Origin: the human T2T-CHM13v2.0 reference genome, Homo sapiens | Direction: 5' to 3' (one strand) | Assembly (NCBI RefSeq): GCF_009914755.1 | Contig: NC_060928.1 | DNA length: 64,000 bases | Shown: one piece after another, positions 62,842 to 64,000 of the stretch | Numbering within the stretch: position 1 is the stretch's first letter | Layout of the letters: every line of letters begins with the position of its first letter | The notes under the pieces: model-generated | Seen by the model: only the letters and a program-made list of their open reading frames with translations | The model's database searches: none | What the model was told of the DNA's origin: nothing | Program-made: the position numbers and the translations under genes

Positions 62842-63285
62842 GACATAAGATTTTTCTTTAGCAGTTAACATTTTCTTAGGATAAAAATAATCTAGTAACT
62901 CAAATTAATGGAAGGAAACAGGTTGATTTCCATCTCTACCTCTTACTGTGCTATCTTAAGCAAGATACATAACCCAGCATTTCAGTGTCCTCTTCTATAA
63001 TATGGGATATTAACACTACCTGGTAGGGCTGATTTGAGGGTTAGAGAATAGTATATTTTAAGCACCTAGCACATGGTCTGGCACGTGGTTTAATAAATGA
63101 TTATGCTAACTATTTACTCTTGTTAGGCATAATAAATTGGTGAGGTTAAGTTAGATAAACTAACTCTCTTCCAATATTTTTCATCCACCAAAGGATAAAA
63201 TAATAGTTTTTTTCCCTTCCTGTCTTCTATCCAATCTGTTACCTTCCTCCCCCTTCCTTCCCACCAAAAAAACCCCCACATACAG

Positions 63286-63432
63286 GAAAGAAGGTGGAAA
63301 GTTTGGTTTTGCAGAGTCTATAGCAAATCAAAGGATCACAGCATTTAAAATGGAAAAGGCCCCTATTGATACCTCGGATGTAGAAGAAAAAGCAGAAGAA
63401 ATCATTGCTGAAGCAGAACCTCCTTCAGAAGT
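63286..63432 (+). CDS. EXOSC9: EXOSC9 exon 9
   Basis: tacag|; KEGGKFGFAESIANQRITAFKMEKAP...PPSE; GT|gtatcttt. Confidence 0.95.
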
Positions 63433-63917
63433 GTATCTTTATTTGGTGGTTTTTGCAGTAACAAGATTCATAACACTTGGCATTATAATATTAGGCTATA
63501 TGAAGGATGTGTATACTGAAATTAGTTTTTGTAAACACTGTACTTTGTTAGAGAAAACACTTAAAATACAAGATAGAGATGTGAGTCATATTCTGTTGAT
63601 GGTATAACATTCAGCTTCTATTCAGTTATCCTGGAAAAAACAGATTTTAAGGACCAATTTAATTTAGTACTATAACTAAAATGTTGAGAGAATCTGTCTC
63701 TTCACATTTCTTATTAATTGCATCCATAAAATCTTGCCTGAGTTTTTTTTCTTCTTCATTGTTCAGCCATCCATAGTGTAGCTATATTAAGTTTTTTTTC
63801 CCCTAGGAACTTGGGGCACACTTGAATCAATCTTACAAGAAGAAAACTTTCATTCTCATCTTCAACAGTTCATCAAATAGCAATATTTTTGTTACTCAGT
63901 TTTCTTAACTTGTTAAG
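63433..63917 (+). other. EXOSC9: U12-type (minor spliceosome) GT-AG intron 9 of EXOSC9
   Basis: 5' site GTATCTTT, branch TTTTCTTAAC 63900-63909 close to the AG, no polypyrimidine tract between branch and AG. Confidence 0.8.
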
Positions 63918-64000
63918 TGTTTCTACACCTGTGCTATGGACTCCTGGAACTGCCCAAATTGGAGAGGGAGTAGAAAACTCCTGGGGTGATCTTGAAGACT
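63918..64000 (+). CDS. EXOSC9: EXOSC9 exon 10 (truncated by window end)
   Basis: ttaag|; VSTPVLWTPGTAQIGEGVENSWGDLED in frame with exon 9. Confidence 0.95.

Overview
Mammalian (human-like) genomic DNA rich in Alu, L1 and MaLR repeats. I recognise it from the proteins as the 4q27 interval SMIM43 (formerly TMEM155) to EXOSC9. The minus strand carries a CpG-island gene whose first exon holds the 63-aa transmembrane microprotein SMIM43 (15132-14941). Four downstream exons follow; the last three carry the old 130-aa 'TMEM155' ORF, which ends inside an LTR. The plus strand carries the EXOSC9 (exosome Rrp45/PM-Scl75) promoter and coding exons 1-10 (51477 to the window end, truncated), with a U12-type intron 9. 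The rest is mostly repeats. Most notable: (i) a 339-codon stop-free frame across all predicted SMIM43 exons, which may rescue an otherwise NMD-prone microprotein mRNA; (ii) phase-compatible exon-like segments plus a polyA signal at 27.4-28.2 kb, suggesting an unannotated or decayed gene; (iii) several locally templated insertion scars; (iv) a MADE1 hairpin with co-varying arms. Repeat subfamily names are by eye and repeat boundaries are approximate.
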